Positions 50,443-59,913 of a stretch of DNA of 64,000 nucleotides are shown here, in pieces. Below the pieces are notes generated by a model. It did no database searches and was not told where the DNA came from. It saw only the letters and a list, made by a program, of their open reading frames with translations. Source of the DNA: Oligoflexia bacterium. Its GTDB lineage: Bacteria > Bdellovibrionota > UBA1018. Position 1 is the first letter of the stretch. Every line of letters begins with the position of its first letter. The stretch is from positions 160,001 to 224,000 of the forward strand of contig CAVWVI010000004.1 in NCBI GenBank assembly GCA_963758495.1, written 5' to 3'. The position numbers and the translations under genes are program-made.

Positions 50443-51384
50443 ATGAACACTCTTGCTCATCCAATAGATAATCAGCATATAATCAAACTACCTATGGAAA
50501 ACGCTATAATAAACCTTAACGGTAAAATTCTAGCTCCTCAAGAAGCAAAAGTCTCGGTGTTTGATCGCGGATACCTTTATGGAGATAGCCTCTATGAGGT
50601 AGTTCGCTCTTATCATGGAGAGTTCTTTTTAATAGACGAACATCTCAAAAGACTCGAAAAATCAGCGAAACTCTGCCAAATAACACTAGGACAAAGCACA
50701 AAAACCTATAGAGATGAAATTTACCGTACTTTTCACAACTTTAGGGCCCAGCCTCAAAATAAAACAACAGAGGCCTATGCCCGAATCATTGTCAGCCGAG
50801 GGACAGGCCGCATTGGATTTGGTCTGTCATGTCTTTCATCTCCGACCCTTTATACGATCATTATCCAACCCGTAGAAGCGCCCACCGAGGCACAATTTAA
50901 AAATGGCATAAAATTAAAAATTTCCGAACGACTCAGAAATGATCAAAGAGCACTCGATCCTGCTATGAAATCTGGAAATTATCTCAATAGTCTGTTAGCT
51001 TATCTTGACGCAGTGACAGAAGACTATGCTGATGCCCTCCTTTGTAATTCGGAAGGCCATATTACTGAAGGCACTACCTTTAATATCTTCTATGTCCGTC
51101 GTGGAATCATTGCGACACCTCCTTTAAGTATTGGCATTTTGGAAGGGATCACTCGACACCATGTGATTCAACTTGCAAGAAAATTGCAACTCCCCGTTCG
51201 GGAAGTTCGGTTTCCCAAGGAAAGACTTTATGAGGCTGACGAAGTGTTTATAACGAGCTCCATCAAAGAAGTTTTTCCTATTTCTCAAATTGATCAAAAA
51301 GTCATAGGTCAAGGTTGTCCGGGAAAATTCACTCAAAAACTTCATACTGCTTATCGGAAATCACTCAAAGGGGCCGAACCGTGA
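50443..51384 (+). CDS. Class IV PLP aminotransferase (BCAT/D-amino-acid type)
   Basis: DRGYLYGDSLYE, HLKRL, KSGNYL, EGTTFNIF, ILEGITR and ADEVF. Confidence 0.92.
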   Translation: MNTLAHPIDNQHIIKLPMENAIINLNGKILAPQEAKVSVFDRGYLYGDSLYEVVRSYHGEFFLIDEHLKRLEKSAKLCQITLGQSTKTYRDEIYRTFHNFRAQPQNKTTEAYARIIVSRGTGRIGFGLSCLSSPTLYTIIIQPVEAPTEAQFKNGIKLKISERLRNDQRALDPAMKSGNYLNSLLAYLDAVTEDYADALLCNSEGHITEGTTFNIFYVRRGIIATPPLSIGILEGITRHHVIQLARKLQLPVREVRFPKERLYEADEVFITSSIKEVFPISQIDQKVIGQGCPGKFTQKLHTAYRKSLKGAEP

Positions 51385-52187
51385 AAAGAAAAGCGAAAGA
51401 AACAGCGCCCGATTTTTCAATTCTTCAAAAAAATGCAATCGACGCAGCTCAGGCTGGGGGCAAAATACTGCTTCGTCATTTTCGAAAGAAATTAAAAATC
51501 GCCGAGAAAAAGGGTGCTGGACTCGTCACAAATGCAGATTTTGAGTCTCAAAATAAAATTGTTGCCCTACTTAAAAAAGCACGCCCAGACTTTGGCTTCT
51601 TGACAGAAGAAGCGGATCCAGTCCTCTCTAAAAGCCTGGGAAGATGGATTATCGACCCCCTGGATGGAACCACTAATTACGCACATGGCTTTCCTCTCTT
51701 CTGTGTCTCCATTGCTGCAGAGTGGGATGGTAAAATCGTGACAGGAGTGATCTATCATCCCATCCTCGCTGAACTCTTCACAGCTATTCGAGGTCAAGGT
51801 GCACAGCTGAATGGGCGCCCCATCCATGTTTCCAAAACTAAAAAACTAGAAAAAGCTCTCCTCACAACAGGATTTACTTACAATAAGGACGAATTTTTGG
51901 ATTTTGAAATCGATGCATTTCAAAAACTCAGTGGCAAAGCCCAAGCGATTCGACGCCCAGGAAGCGCAGCGTTAGATCTGGCTTATACCGCCTGTGGTAT
52001 ATTTGATGGCTTTTGGGAAAGAAGACTCTCCCCTTGGGATGTAGCGGCTGGCTTACTCCTAGTCACCGAAGCAGGCGGTAAAATAACTGACTTTCAAGGA
52101 AATCCCTACAACCTTGGGTCTCGTGAATTTGTAGCCTCCAATTCAAAGCTTCACTCTCAATTACTAAAAGAAATTGTAAATCAATAG
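51381..52187 (+). CDS. suhB: Inositol monophosphatase family protein
   Basis: WIIDPLDGTTNYAHG, RRPGSAALDL and WDVAAG; GTG start overlapping the upstream stop. Confidence 0.9.
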   Translation: MKRKAKETAPDFSILQKNAIDAAQAGGKILLRHFRKKLKIAEKKGAGLVTNADFESQNKIVALLKKARPDFGFLTEEADPVLSKSLGRWIIDPLDGTTNYAHGFPLFCVSIAAEWDGKIVTGVIYHPILAELFTAIRGQGAQLNGRPIHVSKTKKLEKALLTTGFTYNKDEFLDFEIDAFQKLSGKAQAIRRPGSAALDLAYTACGIFDGFWERRLSPWDVAAGLLLVTEAGGKITDFQGNPYNLGSREFVASNSKLHSQLLKEIVNQ

Positions 52188-52299
52188 CACCTTTAAATCT
52201 TAACAATACCAATCACTTACCGCAACGCGCAAGTCAAAAACTTCATCAGAACAAATGTAATGTAGACACAGGATCGGATATTTTCTACAATAAAGATAT

Positions 52300-52947
52300 A
52301 TGACATCCTGGGTCTATCTCTTCTCCCAGTTTACACCGGAAGCACTCCTTTTTGAGACGCTCATCATATTTTTATTATGTTGTGGATATACCGCCTTTTG
52401 GATTTTAAAAAAGAGAAAATATGGCGTCATAGACAACGATCTTCCCTCTGGACCTGTTCAATCCTACTTAAACGAGCTGATTGGTACTGCTGAACAACTC
52501 CGTTTACAGCTTTTTGGACTCCTCGCGCCGACTGATTACTCAGCGAGGCAGTATAAGGTGCCTTCTGATGCAACTCGAACACCCGATCCAAACCTCTTAG
52601 CATTAGAAGCAAAGCTACAAGAACAAACAAAAGCATTTGCGGCGCTCACTGCAGAAAAAAATCAATTAGTAAAAAACCTAGCTGAACTCAAATCTCAATC
52701 TGCAGGAAATTCACAGGGAAATCCAAAAGAAGCTGACCCTGTTGTAGTTAAAAAGATGCAAGACATGGAAAGTCGATTAGCTGAATACAGTGTAATCGAA
52801 GACGACTTAGCAAACTTAAAAAGGCTTCAGCAAGAAAATATCGCATTAAAAGCCGCGCTTACCGCCAAAGGCATTCCGATACCTATCGTAGAAACCCCTT
52901 CTTTCGGAGCGTCCGCCCCCCCCCCTCTCAGGAGAGTGGGCCTATGA
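52300..52947 (+). CDS. Membrane-anchored coiled-coil protein, 5' part of a probably frameshifted gene
   Basis: N-terminal TM and coiled coil (RLAEYSVIEDDLANLKRLQQEN); ends just after a C10 tract. Confidence 0.7.
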   Translation: MTSWVYLFSQFTPEALLFETLIIFLLCCGYTAFWILKKRKYGVIDNDLPSGPVQSYLNELIGTAEQLRLQLFGLLAPTDYSARQYKVPSDATRTPDPNLLALEAKLQEQTKAFAALTAEKNQLVKNLAELKSQSAGNSQGNPKEADPVVVKKMQDMESRLAEYSVIEDDLANLKRLQQENIALKAALTAKGIPIPIVETPSFGASAPPPLRRVGL

Positions 52948-53315
52948 GTGAACCCGCTAGTGAACCTACGAGTGAACCTGCTAGCGAACCTCCAACCGCT
53001 CACCCGACTGCTCCCAAAATAGGTTCAGATGCATCTGCCGAACCTGCTCTTTCTCACCCTGACCCCAATCCGACTTCTGAGCCTCTGCAGGAACCCGTAA
53101 TGGATACTTTTCATGAACCTTCATCCCCTGAAACTCCTGCTTCTGATCTAGCTTCTGATCTAGCTTCTGATCTAGCTTCTGATCTAGCTTCTGATCTAGC
53201 CTCTGATCTAGCTTCTAATACGACTCAACCTGAAGCACCGGTGGCTTCTGAAGGTGAAAATAGTAAAGCCGAAGCTGATCTTGTTGCTGAATTTGAGAAA
53301 ATGTTAAAAGGATAA
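52944..53315 (+). CDS. Low-complexity Pro/Ser/Glu protein, probable 3' part of the preceding gene
   Basis: Frame is open from the C10 tract (52916-52925); ends EADLVAEFEKMLKG. Confidence 0.6.
   Translation: MSEPASEPTSEPASEPPTAHPTAPKIGSDASAEPALSHPDPNPTSEPLQEPVMDTFHEPSSPETPASDLASDLASDLASDLASDLASDLASNTTQPEAPVASEGENSKAEADLVAEFEKMLKG
53139..53216 (+). repeat. Coding 12-bp tandem repeat GCTTCTGATCTA x6.5 (ASDL)
   Basis: Counted directly. Confidence 0.93.
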
Positions 53316-53320
53316 AGGGT

Positions 53321-53436
53321 AGCATTGCAAGGAGCCCTGTTGCGCCGGGAATCCAAAGCTTTACGACTCAACAGGGCTCCTTGCAATGCTTGTCCACAAC
53401 CCTAAAGGAACAACTTACGATAAAGGAACTGCTTCC
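53321..53436 (-). repeat. Second structured repeat: 22-bp perfect inverted repeat (53321-53342/53369-53390) plus dispersed motif and an extra partial motif
   Basis: Homologous to 27456-27556. Confidence 0.85.
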
Positions 53437-53530
53437 TTAAATAATAGAATTTTACGTTGCATCTCCTGAGTCGAAGCTTTACGATAAAAACCGAGAAAAC
53501 CTGTTTAAACAATTATTTCTCCGATTAGAA

Positions 53531-54637
53531 ATGGGGATGGAGGTAACAGCCGTGAGTTATTCTGAATTTCGAAAAAAGTATTGTTCTTTGAGTTTAGTTT
53601 CCACTTTTGCAACTGTTTTGTCGTTTGTCATACTTACTGCTTGCACCGATCAAGCTAAAGCAAAACCTAATTTTGTATACAAAGATGCACCTAATCCCAA
53701 TGTAGTTGCAAAGATTGGGGATACAGAAATCACTCGAGATGCTCTCATCGGAAGTGATAAGTTAGACTTTTTTGAACTTGAGAAGCGTGAATACGATTTA
53801 AAGATGGATCGCTTAAATAAACTTCTCGTAGACACTTTAGTGGGCGCAGAAGCAAAAAAAGTGAATATGAGCCTGGATGACTTTATTAGCAAGAAAGTTG
53901 TCGGTGGCGAGCTTAAGATTAGCGATAAGGAATACAAGAATTTCGTAGCTGAAAAGCACATCCCTGAAACACAGATTAATCCACAAATTAAGGAACGTAT
54001 TATTTCTTATCTTCAAAACATAAAGAAACAAGATAAGTTGACTGAATATGTAGCTAAGCTCACTAAAGGCCAAGCCGTAGAAGTGTATTTCAAGAAGCCT
54101 AAAATGCAAGTCAATGTGGAGGCTGGCCAAGCACCCGCATTTGGAGGACAGGGCGCCCCTGTTACAGTCGTAGAGTTCTCAGATTTTCAATGTCCTTTTT
54201 GCTCACGCGGAGCAGAAACTGTAACATTATTAAAAAAGAAGTATGGGAATAAAATTAAACTTGCTTTCAAGCATTTCCCACTTCCTATGCATCATGATGC
54301 ACGCCCAGCCGCTGAAGCTTCTATGTGTGTCAATGAGCAAAGTTCAGATAAATTTTGGAAATTTCATGACCTCGCATTCAAAAATCAAGACAAGCTAGAT
54401 AAAGCCAGTATTGATAAATATGCTAAAGACTCTGGCGCTGATATGAAGAAATTCGCTGAATGTGTCACTGCAAAGAAATATTCAGACTATGTACAAACTG
54501 ATATCAGTTACGGGGAAAAAATCGGTGTGAAATCAACTCCCACATTCTTCGTCAATGGACAACTGATTAGTGGTGCTGTTCCCATTGAGTCTTTCTCTGA
54601 AATTATTGATGAAGAGTTAGAAGCGAAAAAGAATTAA
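53531..54637 (+). CDS. DsbA/thioredoxin-domain lipoprotein with SurA-like N-terminal region
   Basis: ILTAC lipobox, EFSDFQCPFC, KHFPL and STPTFFVNG. Confidence 0.9.
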   Translation: MGMEVTAVSYSEFRKKYCSLSLVSTFATVLSFVILTACTDQAKAKPNFVYKDAPNPNVVAKIGDTEITRDALIGSDKLDFFELEKREYDLKMDRLNKLLVDTLVGAEAKKVNMSLDDFISKKVVGGELKISDKEYKNFVAEKHIPETQINPQIKERIISYLQNIKKQDKLTEYVAKLTKGQAVEVYFKKPKMQVNVEAGQAPAFGGQGAPVTVVEFSDFQCPFCSRGAETVTLLKKKYGNKIKLAFKHFPLPMHHDARPAAEASMCVNEQSSDKFWKFHDLAFKNQDKLDKASIDKYAKDSGADMKKFAECVTAKKYSDYVQTDISYGEKIGVKSTPTFFVNGQLISGAVPIESFSEIIDEELEAKKN

Positions 54638-54667
54638 TTTCTTTCACTTGCTCTCAATCTGGTCTTT

Positions 54668-54708
54668 AAAAACGTCTCTCCGGTTTCTACCGCAGAGACG
54701 TTTTTTTT
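54668..54708 (+). terminator. Intrinsic (probably bidirectional) terminator
   Basis: AAAAACGTCTCT..CGG/CCG..AGAGACGTTTTTTTT between convergent genes. Confidence 0.8.
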
Positions 54709-54729
54709 AGTCTTTTTTTCAAAATGAAA

Positions 54730-54750
54730 GTCAGTAGTTCCTTGAGGGCT
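54730..54750 (+). repeat. Dispersed intergenic repeat copy (GTCAGTAGTTCCTTGAGGGCT)
   Basis: Matches the family core AGTAGTTCCTT.AGGGCT. Confidence 0.6.
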
Positions 54751-54756
54751 ATTACG

Positions 54757-55749
54757 TCAAAATGCTCTCACTAAATCATGCAATCGAAGCAATCCTTGCC
54801 AATTTCCAAACTCATCCACGACTGGAAGAACTCCAATTTGACTGGGTCGATCCTCCATCAACTTGAGTGCCGCTTGAGCCATCATCTTGGGCTGAGCAGT
54901 CACGGGATTCCGCGTCATAACCTCGTCTGCCCTCATTTTAAAAATCTTTTCTCGGTACTGAAGCGCTCGACGCAAATCCCCATCTGTAATGATGCCTAGC
55001 AACTTAGAACCATTAACAACCAATACTGCACCTTGCTTTTTATGGGTGGAAACCCCAATGACCTCTTCCATCAATACATCAGGCTGAACGAAAGGTACGG
55101 AATCACCTCGATGCATTAAGTCTTCAACCTTAAGGCTCAAACGTCTCCCTAAAGATCCACCAGGATGATTTTCGGCAAAGGACTTTTGATCAAATCCTCT
55201 CAGCTGCATCAAAGTAATAGCAAGAGAGTCTCCTAAAGCTAACGCTAACGTAGTACTCGTAGTAGGCGCCAAATTATGAGGACAAGCTTCATTCCTGACC
55301 CAAGCATCAATCCATGCATCACACTCTGTCGCCAACCTTGACTGAGAATTTCCCCCCATTCCAATGACGGGAACACCTCGACTTCTAAAAGAAGGCAAAA
55401 GCTGAAGCAGCTCCTCTGTATTACCTGTATAACTGAGAGCGAGCACAGAATCAGAAGTACGCACTAAGCCTACGTCACCATGAAGACCCTCTGTGGGATG
55501 TACATAAATTGCTAATGTTCCCGTACTACAAAGCGTAGCTGCTATTTTCTGAGCTACTTTTCCAGACTTCCCGAGCCCAGTCACAACGATCTTCCCACCT
55601 TTTTCCAATGAGCCCTGAAAATACCCTATCGCTTTCTCCCATTCCTCCGCATGAGCCCCCTGAGATAATCGTTCCGAGCACTCCAGAATCGCCTCGCCTT
55701 CCATCCTTAACACTCTCATGATTTCCGGCAGGACTTTAATTTTGTTCAT
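54757..55749 (-). CDS. kdsD: Arabinose-5-phosphate isomerase, KpsF/GutQ family (ORF open to 55767)
   Basis: GLGKSG, HPTEGLHGD, EACPHNLAPTTST, HPGGSLG and CBS pair. Confidence 0.93.
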   Translation of the reverse strand: MNKIKVLPEIMRVLRMEGEAILECSERLSQGAHAEEWEKAIGYFQGSLEKGGKIVVTGLGKSGKVAQKIAATLCSTGTLAIYVHPTEGLHGDVGLVRTSDSVLALSYTGNTEELLQLLPSFRSRGVPVIGMGGNSQSRLATECDAWIDAWVRNEACPHNLAPTTSTTLALALGDSLAITLMQLRGFDQKSFAENHPGGSLGRRLSLKVEDLMHRGDSVPFVQPDVLMEEVIGVSTHKKQGAVLVVNGSKLLGIITDGDLRRALQYREKIFKMRADEVMTRNPVTAQPKMMAQAALKLMEDRPSQIGVLPVVDEFGNWQGLLRLHDLVRAF

Positions 55750-55866
55750 TTTCAATTTCTCGCACAACCTTTAAATCCCTGCAAGCCCACAGAAACAGTA
55801 AGCACGATAAGGACTTACTTCTAAGCTTTACGGATTTTTTCACTTAAGTAACAATCATTCATACCT

Positions 55867-56439
55867 ATGAAATTTTCAAACTTATCTCTCCGGATTCGCC
55901 CAAGATTGAAATGCTGTAGTACCCAGTCCGTCTTCTTAGGACTTTTAATGATGACTACAGTACTAACATCCTGCATTAAGGCATTTAATGAAACGGTGGG
56001 AGGTGACACCAGTCAAGTCTTTGAACGAATTTACTACACCGACTTTAATACAGCCTGGCAAGGAGTGCTAGATACTCTGAAAAAAAACCAGCTTGATATT
56101 TCTAACTCTGAAGCTGGCTATATTCAAACCAAGTGGACTGAAAATACCGCTGAGAAAAATTTTACAGATTCCTTTGGAGGTGCGGATTCATATTTGAAAG
56201 CTCAATATCGACTCAAAATAAATGTCTCTAAAGGAATCAATAATCATCATTCCACAGTCAAAGTCAGGGTGCAAAAAGAGCAGCTAATTCAAAGAGATGT
56301 TTTAGAAGGCTGGCGCCCTATCGAATCAGACGCCATTGATGAATCTACCCTCCTTTATCGAATTGGCCGAGTTATTTATATCCGAATGAAGCTCGCTCGA
56401 ATTGAAGAACTCAAGACCAAGAAGGAATTAGAAAATTAA
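55867..56439 (+). CDS. Hypothetical lipoprotein (BamC/NlpB-like helix-grip pattern)
   Basis: VLTSC lipobox and AWQGVL..SEAGYIQTKW pattern. Confidence 0.6.
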   Translation: MKFSNLSLRIRPRLKCCSTQSVFLGLLMMTTVLTSCIKAFNETVGGDTSQVFERIYYTDFNTAWQGVLDTLKKNQLDISNSEAGYIQTKWTENTAEKNFTDSFGGADSYLKAQYRLKINVSKGINNHHSTVKVRVQKEQLIQRDVLEGWRPIESDAIDESTLLYRIGRVIYIRMKLARIEELKTKKELEN

Positions 56440-56606
56440 TTAACTTTGTCTAGTTAAACTTTACCTAGTTAAACTTGCCACAACGGAACTAATTGCCGAT
56501 ACCTTTATACTTAATAAAAAACCTATTCATTTTGAATTTGAAATTCTCGTTATATTTTAAATCATTATCAAACTACATTTTAATTATTTAACCGACCAAC
56601 CATGGT

Positions 56607-58409
56607 ATGAAGTTTGCTCTATCTCTTCAAGAGGCTATAGGCATGTCCACCGTATCTTCATCTTCCGACACTACTCCTGCTAATTTTTATCACTACGATA
56701 TGGCAAAACTTGAGGATCAGATTCAAAGCGAGGCAAAAAAAACTCGCGAAAGAAATGATGAACAGATCCAAAAAGTACAAGATCATTATGATGAGGTGAT
56801 CACCAAAAAAAATGAAGAACATGAAAAAGCACTCAACGCTGCTAAATCTTCTTCAAATGAAGCACTCACCCAGGAAAGAGAAAACCACCGAGCCGATTTA
56901 GAAAAACTAAAGAGCAACCTCTACAATAATAAAGGACAACTTGCTGGAAATGTCTCTAATGATGTTTATAAAAAGCAAATCCAGGACCTTTATGACTCCT
57001 CTCAACAAAGACACGAAAAAGATGTCCAAAACATTGAAGATAAAGATTCCACGAACGCTGATAAATTAAGGGCTATCGGCAATAAGCACCGAGAAGAAAT
57101 TAATGGCCTCACAAATCAACACGCCGACGAAACCCGTCATCTGAATGACGAAATAAAAACATTATCAAACTATAATCATACCTTAGGCAAAGAAAAAGAT
57201 GATGAAATCGCAAAATGGATTCAAGACAACGAAGGAGCAAACCGAGCCACTCAACAGCAGTTGAGTGAAAGCTTCGATAGTAATATCAAAAAACTACAAC
57301 ACGAAAGGGATCAAAAAGACACTTACTATATCAATAGAACAAACGAGGCTTTAAAACAAAACGATGAAAAATATTCAACCCTATTCACTCAACAAGGTGC
57401 TGAAAATCACCAAAACTTGAAAGAAGCGGAAAACCGCTTCCAATCCGAACTTGGAGAAATCAACAAAGGAAGAAAGCAAGATCAGCTCAAAGCAGAAGAA
57501 TCGCGTAATAATCAACTCGATCAAGCTCATCAAGAACACGCTCGGGCGCTCGTGAATCAAGCTGAACAATACCAGAATTCATTTGGGCGTTCGAAACAAG
57601 CAGATCGAGCGCAAATTGAATCTTTGGAAGCCACACTTCAAAAGATGAAAACCACTCAAGATTCCTCTCTGGTCTCACCTGCTATTGAAACTAACATCAG
57701 AAAAAATATTGTTAATGAATACGAAAAGACCTTAAAAACTGAAATCGATAAAAACAAGAACTTAACAGATCATTTACAACAAAATAATGCAGAAGCAATC
57801 AGAAAAACTCTCAATGAGCGTGCAGATAAAGAAACCGCCATTCATCAACAAAACGCCCGCGATCAATTATTTGAACGCTCTCAGTATACGAATTCTCTTC
57901 AAGAGAATGATGACCAGATCAACACCAAACTTCGTGACATAGACAAAACTCATGAACAAGAAAAAGAAACGCTTTATCGTCAATTTAGTAACGTTGTCGA
58001 CCAACAAAAGCGCCAATACGAATACAGTGCAGAATCCAATCGAACTGATATAGAAGGAAAGCTACTCGCTACACGCCAGGAGGCAAACTTTAATTTAAAA
58101 CAGTTACAGAGGACTTTAAATACAAAACAAAATGAGCTAGTTCATGATTATGAAAAGAAACTCTCAGACCAAAAAAACAGCTATGAATCTCAAATAGAAG
58201 AATTGAAAGCACAATCTCAAATCGACCTCAGAGAGTCAGAAAGAAGAATGAAGCAGGAACTTGATATACAAGCAAAGAACTATGATCAAAGAATGATTCA
58301 AACAGAAGCTCAAACGAAAGAGCACGAACAACTCTTAGCGCAAAACTACCAGAACGAATTAGATAGGACAAAACGTTCTTATGAGATCATTAATAAAAAG
58401 AAGAGTTAA
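56607..58409 (+). CDS. Long coiled-coil hypothetical protein
   Basis: 600 aa, Q/E/K/N-rich, no TM segment or signal peptide. Confidence 0.8.
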   Translation: MKFALSLQEAIGMSTVSSSSDTTPANFYHYDMAKLEDQIQSEAKKTRERNDEQIQKVQDHYDEVITKKNEEHEKALNAAKSSSNEALTQERENHRADLEKLKSNLYNNKGQLAGNVSNDVYKKQIQDLYDSSQQRHEKDVQNIEDKDSTNADKLRAIGNKHREEINGLTNQHADETRHLNDEIKTLSNYNHTLGKEKDDEIAKWIQDNEGANRATQQQLSESFDSNIKKLQHERDQKDTYYINRTNEALKQNDEKYSTLFTQQGAENHQNLKEAENRFQSELGEINKGRKQDQLKAEESRNNQLDQAHQEHARALVNQAEQYQNSFGRSKQADRAQIESLEATLQKMKTTQDSSLVSPAIETNIRKNIVNEYEKTLKTEIDKNKNLTDHLQQNNAEAIRKTLNERADKETAIHQQNARDQLFERSQYTNSLQENDDQINTKLRDIDKTHEQEKETLYRQFSNVVDQQKRQYEYSAESNRTDIEGKLLATRQEANFNLKQLQRTLNTKQNELVHDYEKKLSDQKNSYESQIEELKAQSQIDLRESERRMKQELDIQAKNYDQRMIQTEAQTKEHEQLLAQNYQNELDRTKRSYEIINKKKS

Positions 58410-59859
58410 AATTGTCTGTACTTTAGGCCCCTCTACGCAATCGACTGAACAAATTTCATCCCTGATTACGGCGGGCATGGATTTAGCTCGACTGAATTTT
58501 AGTCATGGCACTCATGAGTTTCATAAAAATCTCATCACGGCAGTACGAGAAGCTTCTTTGAGAGCAAACCGTCCTGTAGGAATTATGCAAGACCTTCAAG
58601 GACCCAAACTCCGAGTAGGGCTTTTACCCAAAGGAGGCGTCGAGCTAAAAGCAGGAGACACTGTTCTTCTTTTTCCAGAGGGTGCTACTCCCAAAACATC
58701 AACTCACGGTAAAATCCTCATTCCCATTTCTGCTGAGATTGCCCAGTCCGTTGCTTCAGACGCTGAGAAGGGAGCCCGGATCCTCTTTGATGATGGCAAG
58801 ATCGCAACTCGTGCAGTTCAAGTTTCTGCACCCGAAATTGTAGTAGAAGTGGAAGTAGGCGGTAGATTAACGAGTCAAAAGGGGATGAATCTACCCGGCA
58901 CCCCTTTATCTATCCCCTGCCTCACGGAGAAGGACTTAGAAGACTTAAAATTTGGACTTTCACAGGGTGTGGATGCTGTAGCGCTCTCTTTTGTGAGAAC
59001 AGCTCAAGACATTGAGAAGCTCAAACAGATCATGAAAAAAGTGACCCACGACCCACCCATCGTGATCCCCAAAATTGAACGTGAAGAAGCCATTGAAAAC
59101 CAAGATTCAATTATTGAAATTTCAGATGGGCTTCTGATTGCGCGTGGAGACATGGCCGTAGAAATAGGAGCGGAACGTGTCCCTACGATTCAAAAGGAGC
59201 TGATTTACGGCTGCAATCAGCGGGGCGTACCTGTCATTACTGCAACCCAAATGCTGGAATCTATGATTTCCTGTCCCACCCCCACTCGAGCTGAAGCCAG
59301 TGATGTGGCTAATGCAGTGTTTGATGGGACAGATGCTGTCATGCTTTCAGGAGAAACTGCATCGGGACAATACCCCATTGAGACAGTACAGACCATGGCT
59401 CGAATTATTTTAGAAGCTGAACGAGCCCATGGCCTTTATTCACGACATTCCCCAGTTGAGCCCATGCCCGGATCTGTAGTCGATGCCATTGAAAGCAGCG
59501 CGGCTCTTATTGCTGAACAGGTCGATGCTGTGGCCATTGCTTGTTTGACTCACTCAGGTATGGCAGCTCGGACTTTAGCTAAATACCGACCTCGTGCCCC
59601 CATTGTAGCTATTATGGATAAAGAATCGATGCTCAGACGCTTATCCTTGGTTTGGGGAGTACGAGGAGTTGTCATTCCTAAAATCGTCGCAACGGATGAT
59701 CTCTTTTCCATGGTAGAAAGTGTTCTTAAAGTCAATGGTTGGGCTGATGCTGAAGACCTGATTGTGGTCACTGCCGGTGTTCCAACGCTAAGAAGAGGAA
59801 CAACCAATATGATTCAAGTCCATCGGGTTGGAGTTCATCCTGAGAGAAAGATAAAATAG
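58381..59859 (+). CDS. pyk: Pyruvate kinase
   Basis: KIVCTLGP, RLNFSHG, DLQGPK, ARGDM and ATQMLESM..PTRAE. Confidence 0.97.
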   Translation: MRSLIKRRVKIVCTLGPSTQSTEQISSLITAGMDLARLNFSHGTHEFHKNLITAVREASLRANRPVGIMQDLQGPKLRVGLLPKGGVELKAGDTVLLFPEGATPKTSTHGKILIPISAEIAQSVASDAEKGARILFDDGKIATRAVQVSAPEIVVEVEVGGRLTSQKGMNLPGTPLSIPCLTEKDLEDLKFGLSQGVDAVALSFVRTAQDIEKLKQIMKKVTHDPPIVIPKIEREEAIENQDSIIEISDGLLIARGDMAVEIGAERVPTIQKELIYGCNQRGVPVITATQMLESMISCPTPTRAEASDVANAVFDGTDAVMLSGETASGQYPIETVQTMARIILEAERAHGLYSRHSPVEPMPGSVVDAIESSAALIAEQVDAVAIACLTHSGMAARTLAKYRPRAPIVAIMDKESMLRRLSLVWGVRGVVIPKIVATDDLFSMVESVLKVNGWADAEDLIVVTAGVPTLRRGTTNMIQVHRVGVHPERKIK

Positions 59860-59913
59860 CGATTCCTTTCCTTGCCCAGTCTTCACAGACCTGATAATTC
59901 CCTGGGTACCCCT

